Shown: positions 49,020-61,380 of the stretch, piece by piece | Position numbering within the stretch: the stretch's first letter is position 1 | How the letters are laid out: each line of letters opens with the position of its first letter | Source: Mobula hypostoma | Lineage: Eukaryota | Assembly (NCBI RefSeq): GCF_963921235.1 | Contig: NC_086097.1 | Coordinates: forward strand, 50,966,001 to 51,030,000 | Direction of reading: 5' to 3' | DNA: 64,000 nt | Position numbers and translations under genes: made by a program | The notes under the pieces: generated by a model | The model's database searches: none | The model's input: only the letters and a program-made list of their open reading frames with translations | What the model was told of the DNA's origin: nothing

Positions 49020-49790
49020 TATTTCAGATAGTGATGAGGAGACACATAGGAACAAGGCAGATCAGCTGGTTGAGTGGTATTGCAACAACCTTTCACTCAA
49101 CACCAGTAAGACCAAGGAACTGATTGTGGACTTCAAGTGGAAGCACAGGAAGCACACACCAGTCCTCATTGAGGAATCAGCAGTGGAAAGAGTGAGCAGC
49201 TTCAAATTCCAGGATGTCAACATCTGCGAGGATCTATCCTGGCCCAACATATTGGTGCAATTACAAAGACGGCACGACAACCACTACACTTCATTAGGAG
49301 TTTGAGGAGAATTGGTACGTCAAAGACGTAGGCAAATCTCTACAGATGTACCATGGAGAGCGTTCTAACTGGTTGCATCAATATCTGGTTTGTAAGGGCC
49401 ACTGCACAGGATCGGAATAAGCTTGCAGAAAATTGTAAAGTCAGCCAGCTTCATCATGAGAACTAGCCTCCACAGCATCCAGGACACCTTCAAAAGGCGA
49501 TGCCTCTAAAAGGCAGAATCTATCAATAGGAACCCCATCACCCAGGACATGCCCTGTTCTCATTGCTATCATCAAGGTGGTGGTACAGGAGCCTGAAGAC
49601 ACACACTGAACATTTCAGGAACAACTTCTTTCCCCCTGCTATCAGATTTCTGAATGGATAATGAACCCACAAACATTACCCCAGTATTTTCACCCCTCTT
49701 TTTGCACTATTTACTTAATTTTTATATATATAGTAATTTACAGATATTATGTATGGCAATGTACTGCTGCCACAAAATAAATTCTACAAC
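49020..49790 (+). mobile_element. Rex1/Babar LINE 3' portion
   Basis: WYCNNLSLNTSKTKELIVDF...VERVSSFKF and a Rex1-type tail. Confidence 0.85.
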
Positions 49791-50600
49791 AAATTTCTAA
49801 TACAAATTCAAATAATGATCTTCATGAACTGTCCAATCCTAGGAAAAATATAAAACAATTTAAGCTCCTTTTCCTACTTAGCATTGTATGATTTCAAGAA
49901 TTGCATTTTTCAAGGATTTAAAATCCTTCTCGTGAATGTGATATTGTTCAAAAGGCAGAGTGCTCAGTAAACCATTTCCTTTTTTCTTGCACTTGCACAT
50001 ATGAAAATAAGTTGAAGAGCAATTCTGCTCTGCATTGTTTGTCACACATGGGCAAGACATGCCACATGCTCCAACGTAAAAAGATCTGTTTGTTATCTAT
50101 GAGAACTAGACATCCTTACATCCAGACTTCTTAATGACTTTACTAATGTGGTAAATGGAGCAACATATCTACGTCCAAATCAGTCCGTCAATTAATTCCT
50201 GGTAAAAATTGTTTCTATGATTTTTTTTATTCGTTTACAACAAGATAAAGCAATTACATGCAGAATTCTTGACACATTTTGCTTTACAAAAGTAGTTTTT
50301 ACAGAGATTAAAACAGAAATGAAAACTTGTTTTTAAATATAGAGCACACAAAGTTTTCTAAAGTAAATAGAATGATGGCAGTGGAGGAACCAGCAATAGG
50401 AAATATCATTAATATCAAGGGTAAATGTTTACAGCCCTTTTTTTGGCAATGGTCATTTACTAGCACTTGTGTGGCAAAAATGTTACCTGCATTGAGCAGA
50501 TCTAACTGAAGCTGGCATGTCCTGCTTCACTTACTATGAGTTTGCAAATGGGATAGAAACACTGTAATCATCAGCTAGCATCATTTGGGAAAGATGAATA

Positions 50601-51086
50601 CAGACAACCTCTGCGTTACAGCGAGATTGTGTTCCTAGAAAGTCAAGGTTTTCTATAATACGCAGTCCCTTTTCCTATTGAATCCCATGTTATAAGCAGA
50701 AAATGTTTTTCCTCTCATATTAAGCAATGTTATTGATGATGACAAAGTGACCTACCACTCTCATTAGGCTCAGGATAGACAAAGCTCATGTGAAAGAACA
50801 GCAAAATTAGTCAGCTTTTATTTATAGTTAATACTGTGGACCAATAAGACTTTAATGCGATGTCATCACGTTTATAGGGATAGCAATCACCATTAGGTGT
50901 TCAATTGTCAAGCCCTGTACAGTCAAATTTTATTGCTCAACATACTAAGCAATTTAAAAATAAAAATCCACAAAAATTTTTTTTTTCCCCCCACACGTAT
51001 TACATCTTGGATTTTGGATAGTGCTCTATAAATTCTGCAAAGGTGTATTTCTGTAAGCAAACTGTCTTAACATGAGAGGTCTCCTG
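50601..51086. mobile_element. Possible Tigger-like MITE
   Basis: TA|CAGACAACCTCTGCGTTA...TAACATGAGAGGTCTCCTG|TA gives imperfect TIRs with TA flanks. Confidence 0.5.
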
Positions 51087-51099
51087 TATCATCAAACCT

Positions 51100-52420
51100 A
51101 GTCACTACAATCTGATGAAAGGTAAAACATGTTTAACAAATTTGTTTCACAAAGTTTTTTGAAGATGTGATGGGGAGAGTTGATAGAGGGGACTTGTTAA
51201 CATAGTACATGTACTGACCAAAAGGCATTTGATAAAGTGCAACATACAATAAGCTGATGTACAAATTAATAAATCAAAGTATTGGAAGAAGCACACGAGC
51301 ACGAATTGAAAAGAGTTAGAAAAAATGGATCCTTTCTGACTGAAAGAGTACAACTAGATGAGTACCCCATAGATAGATCCTTGACCCTCAATTGTTCACT
51401 TTTTGCATTAATCACCCGAGGGGAGAACAAAATGTAAAGTTGCCAAGTTTGCTGACAATACAAAAATAGGTAACAGGGCATGTTGTGATGACGCCAATGT
51501 ACTTTGTAAAATAAAATAGATAAATTGAGTAGTTGTATGAATATAGCTTAAAGCAGAAGAATGAGATATTGTGCACAGTAAGAAATCAAAAGGCAGTCTA
51601 TTAATTTAATTGCAAAAGATTATAAACAAGTGAAGTTCGGAGGGAGCTAAGGGTTCCAGTGCATGAATCAAAGTTTATAGGTTTATTGGTCTTCATGGTG
51701 AATGGGTTGGAGTTTGAAATTATGGAGGTTTTATTAGTTAGGCTACATCTCAAATACTGTGCAGTTTTGGTTCCCTTACTTGAGAGAGAGAAAAAAAATA
51801 CAGAAACACTGAAGGCAGTCTCAAAAGATCTATCAGAGTGAGTGGGTTGTCTCAAGAGAGACTAGATAGTTTGGTTCTGTACTCCTTAGAGTTTAGATGC
51901 ATATTCAAACAGACAAGATCTAAATGGGCTTGAGAGGGTAGATGCTGAGATGATGTTGGATTCATTTCTGGGAAAGTCCCAATCACGAGTAAATAGTATC
52001 AAAATAAGCAGGTCATCGTTTAAAACAGAGGTGCATTAAACAAGAGAAAGTCTGCAGATGCTGGAAATCCAAAGCAACATACACAAAAAGCTGGAGGAAC
52101 TCAGCAGGTCATGTAGCATCAATGGAAAAGTGTAAACAGTCAACGTTTTGTAATGAGACCCTTCTTCAGGACTAAAATGGAATGGGGAAAAAATACCAGA
52201 ATGAAATGGTGCAATAAAGAGGTGCATTAAAGTTTCTTCTCAAAGGGTAAAAAATTTCTGTAATTATGCAGAGGGTGGTGGAGGCCAGATTATTAGACAT
52301 ATTTAAGGTGATGGTAGATACATTTTTGAAAGATCAGGGACAAGAAGAATGACGGGTTGCATAGATCAACCATGATCATATTGATTGAGAGGACATAGTC
52401 CTGCTCCAATTTTTCTTGTG
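51100..52420 (+). mobile_element. Old CR1 remnant containing a minus-strand Penelope pLTR fragment (about 52040-52215)
   Basis: KAFDKV, KFADNTKIG and LVRLHLKYCA remnants. The pLTR piece is flanked by the duplication AGAGGTGCATTAAA. Confidence 0.7.
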
Positions 52421-52424
52421 TTAC

Positions 52425-53134
52425 ATAGAAACATAGAAAATAGGTGCAGGAGTAGGCCATTCAGCCCTTCGAGCCTGCACCACCATTCAGTATGATCATG
52501 GCTGATCATCCAACTCAGAACCCTGTACCAGCCTTCCCACCATACCCCCTGATCCCTTTAGCCACAAGGGCCATATCTAACTCCCTCTTAAATATAGCCA
52601 ATGAACTGGCCTCAACTGTTTCCTGTGGCAGAGAATTCCACAGATTCACCACTCTCTGTGTGAAGAAGTTTTTCCTCATCTCGGTCCTAAAAGGCTTCCC
52701 CTTTATCCTCAAACTGTGACCCCTCGTTCTGGACGTCCCCAACATCGGGAACAATCTTCCTGCATCTAGCCTGTCCAATCCCTTTAGGATTTTATACGTT
52801 TCAATCAGATCCCCCCTCAATCTTCTAAATTCCAACGAGTATAAGCCTAGTTCATCCAGTCTTTAATCATATGAAAGTCCTGCCATCCCAGGAATCAATC
52901 TGGTGAACCTTCTTTGTACTCCCTCTACGGCAAGGATGTATTTCCTCAGATAAGGGGACCAAAACTGCACACAATACTCCAGGTGTGGTCTCACCAAGGC
53001 CTTGTACAACTGCAGTAGTACCTCCCTGCTCCTGTACTCGAACCCTCTTGCTATAGATGCCAGCATACCATTCGCCTTTTTCACCGCCTGCTGTACCTGC
53101 ATGCCCACTTTCAATGACTGGTGTATAATGACAT
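52425..53134 (-). mobile_element. Young CR1 LINE 3' fragment
   Basis: Clean KKANGMLA...LYKALVRPHLEYCVQFWSPY and EFRRLRGDLIETYKILKGLD...FTQRVVNLWNSLP. Tail is (TTTCTATG)2. Confidence 0.92.
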
Positions 53135-53426
53135 TGTCATAAGGAATATTGGACATCTCTTTTCTTGAGTTCAAACAGGTATGTCCAATACTCCTTTGAT
53201 CAACACCAAAGAGTAATTTAACAGTAGACAGTTAAACTACCAGTGCCTTTAGGGCATTGAATAAAACTAGAGCACCTAGAGTTAATGCACATAGTAAAAG
53301 GAGAAAACTGAATATGTCAGGATTAAATACTGGTCTTTGGACTTCAGGCAACATCACTAAATGCTGGTTGCTAGATTATGTAGTTTTCTCTGGAAAATGG
53401 CATTTTGTTACTTTACATGTAGACCC

Positions 53427-53977
53427 GTGCTGCAGCTACTCTAGATTTACACTTCAGTTTCAGGTATGTTTGATAATGCTTGTAGCATGCACTTCTGCAG
53501 TCCTTTTTGAACCAATGTTAATCACCTAGCTTGGTATTAAATTGTAGAGTGAACAATATGCGAAGCATGAAGGTACAGGTTGTGATGGCGTCCATTTCTG
53601 CTGCTGCTTATGGTCCATGAGTCTTCACCGATAACCAGTTTTGCACTGCCGGATTTGTGGAGTCTATCCCATTTAGTACAACTGCCATGCCACACAATAC
53701 AATGGAGAGTGTCCATGGAGTGAAGATAGGATTTGTTTCTATAAGAACTGTGTAGTGATCACTTCAATCAATGTTGTCACAGACATACACATCGCCCACT
53801 GGCAAACTGGCAAGGATCAGCTCTCGAAGTTTATTCTTTATATTGGGCCATTTATTAACTGCTGCAAAACCAAGCGAAGTGATTAACAATGGTTCAAAAA
53901 GAAGTGCAGAAGTGTATGCTGCAAGCAGTATCAAGCACACCTGAAACTGAGGTGCAAATCTAGAAAAGCTACAGCAC
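53427..53977. repeat. Imperfect inverted repeat: arms about 109 bp around a spacer of about 330 bp
   Basis: 53427-53535 aligns without gaps to the reverse complement of 53869-53977, roughly 85% identical by eye. Confidence 0.85.
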
Positions 53978-54339
53978 AAAAAAACAGAAGTGGCATTTTC
54001 TGTAGTTACTTCCTTCAGATTCAATCAAATTAGTACTAGTACAACCAGGACTCTTGACGATGGATAATCATAGCACCTCTCTGCAATACATTGCTCAGAA
54101 AAGGCATTAAAAGTAACAAAAGAGCATTGTTCAATACGAGGAACCATTGATTCATTGGTTAAGAATAGACAGAAGGTGCTTATCAAGGCTTCCTTGTCCA
54201 TATTTGAGCTAGTGTAATGATAATCTCTGGGGTAATACTGAGCACTCAAGGCTGCTCCCTCCCACTTACATTCCACTGTACTTGGTGGATCTATTCTGCC
54301 AGAGGACAGATCATGCCCAAGGATTACCCAGTCATAACA

Positions 54340-55015
54340 AGCCCAAATGTTAACCACCAAGTTGGATCGGTGGTAAGGAAAGCGAATGCCATGTTGGCAT
54401 TCATTTCAAGAGGAATAGTGTATAAGAGTAAGGAGGTGTTGATGAGGCTCTATGGGGCATTAGTGAGACCTCATTTGGAATACTGTGTGCAGTTTTGGGC
54501 CCCCTATCTTAGCAAGGGGAGAGAGTTCAGAGAAGATTTATGAGGATGATTCCTGGAATGCAGGGGCTAACATATGAGGAGCGTTTGTCGGCTCTTGGAT
54601 TGTATTCATTAGAGTATAGAAGAATGAGAGGGGGTCTCATAGAAACATTTCGAATGTTGAAAGGGTTGGACAGAGTAGATGTGGAACGGTTGTTTCCCTT
54701 GGTGGGTGAGTCCAGGACAAGAGGCCATAGTCTTAGAATTAGAGAGTACCCAGTTAAAACAGAGATGAGGAGAAATTTTTTTAGCCAGAGGGTCATGGAT
54801 TTGTGGAATTCGTTGCCACATACAGCTGTGGAGGCCCGATCATTGAGGGTGTTTAAGGAGGAGATCGACAGGTATCTAGTTGGTCAGGGTATCAAGGGAT
54901 ATGGGGAAAAAGCCGGAAATTGGAACTAGATAGGTGAATAGTTTAGCTCATGGGGGAGCTGCGGAGCAGACTCGATGGGCCGAATGGCCTACTTCTTCTC
55001 CTTTGTCTTGTCTTT
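54340..55015 (+). mobile_element. Young CR1 LINE 3' fragment
   Basis: RKANAMLAFISRG...LVRPHLEYCVQFWAPY and LGLYSLEYRRMRGGLIETF, with a 3' stem-loop and tail. Confidence 0.92.
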
Positions 55016-55193
55016 TGATTGTAACAGAGAAGTCTGGTACGTAATCTACACGGTACGATTTTGAGAATACAACTATGTTGGAGTGCTGTTCAATTTGTTC
55101 ATGTGCCAGTCTTCCCTGTTAAGCTACTAGTCCCAGATATTTATATGAAGGTCCTTGCAAAGTTAACCAAGATAGGACCAATTTAGTTACAGC

Positions 55194-56094
55194 TGTGACA
55201 AGAATACACATAGATTAATATGTTAGCTGGCCTGTGCTGGCACCAGTGGGATCAGCAGTTGGTCTGCCACCTGTCTTCAGAAGAAAGAGAGATAAGGAAA
55301 ACAATGGAGCAGCATTTGGAAATGTTAATGAAGGGACGAGAGAGTTTAACGGAAGGAGAGCTGTCAAGATCGGCTCCCCCTTTGAACCCTGAACTGTTTG
55401 AAGTGATGGACAGGCGATACCCCAGCAGGGGGATAAAAAGGGACAGGTTCGCTAAGGCAAGACACACACGACACCCCGAGGTAACGAGACCCTGGAAGCG
55501 GTGTGTCTCCCACAAGTCGGTGGGAAGTTTTGGAAGGCTGGTCGCGGGACCAAGCCATAGACGCACAGGGTGGAAAGGCACGATCAGCGGGAACCCGGTG
55601 TGTGTCCGCCCTTGCCTGGGTGCCAGGTTCACCGCAGAGAAACGATCGTATCTGGAAACGGAGGGATCAAGGTCGGTGACCACAGAAGACATCACAAAGG
55701 GCTCGCCCGAAAGCTGACTGCGAAGAATATCGAAGGTCTGTGTGGAAGCCGTTTGAATATTCATTCGTTTCGCTCTCTCTCTCCTTCCCCCCACTGTCCA
55801 TCTCCCACGGCAGTGATTACGGTGAACTGAACTGAACTAAATTGAACTGAACTTTGCATCACTTTGAAACTGGTCATTTACCCCTAGACAACGATAGAGC
55901 TTGATTGATCCTGTTATCCTAATTCTGTGTACATGTGTGTTTATCATTGCTGAACTGTTGCATTTATTATCCTTTTGATTAGAGTACTGTGTTGCTTGTT
56001 TCTTTAATAAAAATTTCTTAGTTCTAGTAATCCAGACTCCAACTGAGTGATCCATTTCTGCTGGTTTGGCAACCCAGTTACGGGGTACGTAACA
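55194..56094 (+). mobile_element. Solo LTR (901 bp), Gypsy/ERV-like
   Basis: TGTGAC...GTAACA termini with 4-bp TSD CAGC (55190-55193 and 56095-56098). GATAAAAAG TATA-like box at about 55432 and AATAAA at about 56006. CpG-rich. Confidence 0.88.
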
Positions 56095-56789
56095 CAGCCA
56101 AATTCAGTTAACAGATGAATGCCTGGTGCTCAAATTTAAGTTGTTTATTTGAATGTAGAAATTATGGCACAAGTTAGTTAGCCATTTCAAAGCACAATTA
56201 AGTGCAACCATGCGAAGTGAGTCTGGAGAATGATCAAAACAATGCAGAGCTGTAGTATCCATATAGTGGTTCAAATTTTAATATTTACCTGGCAGAAAGT
56301 GAATAAGAGACAATTAGGATATGACCAGACATTCGTCCCTCAACTAATTGTCCCTTTTCTCTCCCCTCATGATCTATCAGTGCATCACCTTGTCTCTTTC
56401 CTCTTCTACTTTCTCCGTCCGCCCAACATCCATACACTCTCACTGGTTTCCTTCCCCCACTTCTTCCAACTGCTCTCCCCATCTGCCTTTTATTCTATGT
56501 TCTATCTTCCTCCAATCAGATTCCATTACCAGCCCTTTGTCACTTCTATCCATCACTTCCCATTTTCTGGCACTATTCACACTCTCCCCTTCACCATCTA
56601 CTCATCCATCACCAATCTTGATCCACCATCACCTGCCAGCTCTTGTCCCACCTGCTTTCTTCCTCCCTTTTATACTAGCCACCTCCCATCCATCTTTCAG
56701 TAGAGCTAAGAGTCTCAACCTAAAATGTCAACTGACCATTTCTCTCCATTGATGCTGCATTCCCTGCTGAGTTCCTCTGTCTTTAGTTT

Positions 56790-57065
56790 TATTTATTTTA
56801 TCAGCACAGAATAGACCCTTCCGGCCCAATGAGCCACACCATCCAGCAACCCACTTATTTAACCCTAGCCTAAATCACAGGACAATTTACAGTAACCAAT
56901 TTACCTACTAACCCATACATCTTTGGATTGTTGGAGGAAACCAGAGGACCTCCAACATGCTCCACAGGAAGGATGTACAAACTTCTTACAGATGGTGTTG
57001 GAAATTAACTCCAATGCCCCAAACTGTAATACTGTCCGCTAATCATTACGCTACCATAGTGCTCT
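56790..57065 (-). mobile_element. V-SINE (HE1-like) inserted in a decayed Penelope pLTR
   Basis: Similar to 63410-63668. The pLTR sequence stops at about 56780 and resumes at about 57066. Confidence 0.7.
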
Positions 57066-58129
57066 GTTGTGTGTTGTGCCAAATTCCAGCATCTGCAATC
57101 TCTTGGACTCCTTTTCTTAACATGCTATGTTGTGCAGGCAACTTGAACACCCAACAGTTATATTTTAAACGCTGGAACTTAAGGTGTGATTTTAGGGGAA
57201 GGTCTGATGAGAGCTGTCAGATGCAAGCAGTCTGGTAAGAGCAGTAGAGGCATATGAAGGCAAGTTTTGATTCATGTTTCCCCATGGTCAAGGAGGTGTC
57301 TCCAAATCTAAACACCACCTTTGGTTAGTCACATACACACCTTTCTAATATCTCTTAAGAGTTGATAACCAATACCTTAGTTTTATCATCAATATAACAG
57401 GATGGCAAATTAATTAGCAAACATTGCTTTCATACACCAGCTACTATGCAGAATCAGAATGCATAGACAATAATATAATAGAAATTGTAAAACCATTATC
57501 CCCTGTATGGAAAAACATTCTGAACAGTTGGCCTGAATGAATCACTTAGTTCTCGATTGAAGTCAGACTAGACAACTGGCTAAATATAATTCAATCCAGA
57601 GCTCAAAATTATAAATTAAAACCCCAACAAACTACAACTTTAAGAGTTAAGACTAACTTCCATTTTTTAGTTCACCAAATTTACCAAATATAGAGCCATA
57701 TTTAAAGGCTACAACTGAAATTATTTCAAATGATTAGTTACATAAACCAATTCAATTAAAATCATGATTTATCTTCATTTTAGGTATTCAAGGAATTCAA
57801 TCAGAATCCATTGCAAAACAGAAAGTGTTAGAGAATATGTGCAATAGAATAAAACAATCTAAATTAAGTACTTAAAAAAAATCAGTTGCAAATTCTTTGC
57901 CTGAATAAGGTCAAGCAATCAGCAGTCGAGCTATCACATGTGCCGTAGTTACTTCTGGTCTCAAAAGCCACAGATTTTAACAAAATTCTGAACTGTATAA
58001 CTTTTTTTTTTACAAGCAGGTATTTTAAGATATACTATGCTTAAAATAATTCAGCCTGAAATCACACAATCCCTACACCAACAATTATACTGAATATAGA
58101 TATGGACAAAATTTGAAGAAAGACTATGA

Positions 58130-59420
58130 CTTTTTTTGACGACCAAGACACAGAAAAAGAAGCTATATAGGAAGAATAAAACTACAACTGTGTGAATCCC
58201 TGCAGCAGCTGGTGACTCTGTGATCTCTATCTTGGAGGTTGACATTAGAACATAATTCAAGTTGAACTCTCGCATGGCATCATGACCTGATAGTGTTCCG
58301 GATAGAGCACTGAAAACCTGGCAGGAGGGTTCAAGGACATCTGTAATTTCTCACCACTGCATTCAGAGGTCCTCACCTGCTTCAAAAGGGTGACAGTCAT
58401 ACCAGTCCTCAAGAAGAGTAGGGTAAGCTGCTTCAATGATTATTGCCGAGTTGTACATATATCTACTGTGAAGAAGTGCTTTGAGGCTGGTCATACCCAT
58501 TAGCAATTCCTGCCTAAGCAATCATCATATAGGTCTACAGTGGATGCAGTCTCACTGGCTCGCGATTCAGCCTTGGATCACCTGGACAATTGAAATATCT
58601 ACGTCAGGTTGCTGTTTACTGACTCCAGCTCAGTGTTCAACATAATCATACCCTCAGTTCTATTGACTAGATGCATCACAGCCTGGTGTGCAAACATCAA
58701 TGCCCTTGAATGGAAATCTTACAAAAAGTAATGATATGGCCCAGTTCATCACAGGTAAAGCCCTCCCCACTATTGAGCACATCTACACAGAGCATTGTTA
58801 CAGGAAAGCAGCATCCATCATCATGGACCCCCACCACCCAGGTCATGCTCTCTTCTCGCTACCGTCATTAAGAAGTGGTACAGAAGCCTCAGAACTCACG
58901 CCACTAGATTCTGGAATAGTTATTACTCCTCAACCATCAGGCTCTTCAACCAGAGGGGATAGCTTCACTCAACTTCACTGAACTGTTCCCACATCCTATG
59001 GACTCCCTTTCAAAGATTCTTCATCGCATGTTCTCAATGTTTATTGCTTATTTATTTATTATCATTTTTCCCCTTTCTTTTTGTATTTACAGAGTTTTCT
59101 TTTGTACACTGGTTGTCCACCCTGTAAATGCAGTATTTCTTTGATTCTATTATAGTTATTGGATTTATTGAGTATGCCCACAAGAAAATGAATCTCAGGG
59201 TTGTATATGGTGACTTACGCACTTTGATAATAAATTTACTTTAGGCAAGCTCCAAAACCTGGGCCTTGTACCTCCCTCAGCAACTGGATTGTTGACTTCC
59301 ACACCGGGGGACCACGGTCAGTATGGATCAGAAATAATATCTCTTCCTGAGTAATTCATAGCCTTTTTTATTGTGTATCACAATGTAATGCTGCCACAAA
59401 ACAACAAATCTGAAGATTCT
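58130..59420 (+). mobile_element. Rex1/Babar fragments, with a 3' fragment (about 58665-59240) nested in an RT fragment
   Basis: RT remnants stop at about 58660 and resume at about 59245. Between them lie DPHHPGHALFSL and a complete Rex1 tail. Confidence 0.75.
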
Positions 59421-59850
59421 CACTATTGGAAACATCCTTGACGTTCACTAGAAGGCGTTTCAATATTTGGTAGGTTTCTATGAGATTCCTCACTCATCTT
59501 CTCAACCCCAGCTAATACAGGCCCAGAGCTATCAATCACACCGCATATTAACTCTTTCATCCCTGGGATCAATCTCGTAAACCTCCTCCGGACCCTCTCC
59601 AATACCTGCACATCCTTCCTTAAATATGGTGTTCAAGATTGCTCACAATTCTCCAAATATAGTCTGACCAACACATTATAATGCCTCAGCATTAAAAGCA
59701 CTGCTTTTATAGTATAGTCCTCAGAAAATGAATGCAAACATTGCATTTGCTTTCCTACCAACTCGATCTGCAAGTTAACTTTTACTGAATCATGCATGAG
59801 GACTCCCAAATCTCTTTGCACCTCCAATTTCTGAATTCTCTCCCTATTAG
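59420..59850 (-). mobile_element. CR1 fragment
   Basis: EVQRDLGVLMHDSVKVNLQ and LERVRRRFTRLIPGMK. Confidence 0.8.
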
Positions 59851-59959
59851 AAAGCAGAGTTTAGAATAAATTTAGAAAACTAAATGTATTCTTTCCTTGG
59901 TCCCCGTGTTTTTGTATCAAAGTACTCGTTCAATTTGGCTGCCATTTTCTTTTCAGCAA

Positions 59960-61380
59960 TTAAAAATTCTCCTATTTCTAAATGCAAGGGACCCACACTT
60001 GTCCTCAGGATTTTTCCTCTTCACATTACCTAAACAAGGTTTTGCAGCCCTGCTTTTGCTGCCCTCGCCCACATCTCCTCCATTTCCCGGGCTTCCGAAT
60101 TCACCCCATCTTCTGGTTGCCAAAATGGGGAGAGAGCTCCCTTGTCCTTACCTATCACCCCATGAGCCTCCACATACAACACATCATTCTCCTCAACTTC
60201 CGCCATCCTTAATGGGTTTCTACCACTAAATATATCCTTCTATTCTCCCCTCCAACTCTTCACATTCCAGAAGGGAGCACTCTCAACAAGACTCCCTTTT
60301 CCATTTATCACTCCTGGTGCTTATCCATGCAAGCAAAACAAGTGTTAGACCTGCTCCTATGCATTCTCTCTCACCACCATTTATGGCCCCAAACTGTCCT
60401 TCCAGGTGAGGTGAAACTTTCCCTGCGAGTCTGTTGGTGTCGTTCATTGTATTCTGTGCTTCTGGTGCAGTCTCCTCTACCCAATGTAGATTGGGGAACA
60501 CTTCGTTGAGCACCTTTGCTCCATCCACCACAAAAGGTGAATTTTCCCCAGAGGCCACTCATTTTAATTCTACTTCCCTTCCGATATATTGATCCATGGC
60601 CTTGTTTACTACCATGAGGAGGTCATAACTTGGGTGACATAAACATAAGAACATAAGAAATAGGAACAGGAGTAGGCCATCTGGCCCATCGAGCCTGCCC
60701 CGCCATTCAATAAGATCATGGCTGATCTGTCCGTAAACTCAGCTCCATCTTCCTGCCTTTTCCCCATAACCCTCAATTCCCTTACTATGTAAAAACCTAT
60801 CTAACTGTTTCTTAAATATATTTAGTGAAGAAGCCTCAGCTGCTTCCCTGGGCAGAGAATTCCTGATTCACCACTCTCTGGGAAAAACATGTCATACTCC
60901 ATCTGGGTAGCTTCCAACTTGACAGTATGAATGTTGCTTTCTCTAACTTCTGGCAGTTTCTCCACCCTCCCCCTTCTCTCTTTTTGCTTTCCCTCTTACC
61001 TCTTCTCCTCACCTACCCATCCTCCTTCCCTTTCTTCCATGGTCCACTCTCCTCTCCCATCAGATTCTTTCTTCTTCAGTCCTTTGCTTCTTCCACCTAT
61101 CACCTTCCAGCTTCTCACTGCAATCCTTTACCCCTCACTAACACACCTCACCCCTCATCTAGTTTCACCTATCACCTGCCAGCTTGTACTTCGTCCCCTT
61201 CTCCCATCATCTTATTCTTGCTTCTACCCCATTTCTTTCCAGTCCTGATGAAAGGTCTCAGTCTAAAACATCAATATTTAATTTCTCCATAGATGCTGCA
61301 TGACCAGCTGAGTTTCTCCAGGTGTACGTGCACGTGAGCGCGCATGGATTTCCAACATCTGCAGAATCTCATGTTTATGA
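59960..61380 (+). mobile_element. Decayed Neptune-type Penelope 3' half with a minus-strand CR1 tail inserted at about 60637-60890
   Basis: LVLTYHPMSLHIQHIIL and a pLTR with a degenerate hammerhead at about 61241. CR1 tail (ACATAAGA)n. Confidence 0.8.

Noticed and set aside
55220..55830. Overlapping ORFs of 165 aa (+) and 180 aa (-)
   Set aside because: They lie inside the TG...CA solo LTR and show no recognisable domain. They are likely chance ORFs in GC-rich DNA.
56230..56752. Pro/Ser/Leu/Phe-rich ORFs (also 60927-61292, 33470-33802, 48149-48451)
   Set aside because: They are translations of pyrimidine-rich Penelope 3' UTRs, not genes.
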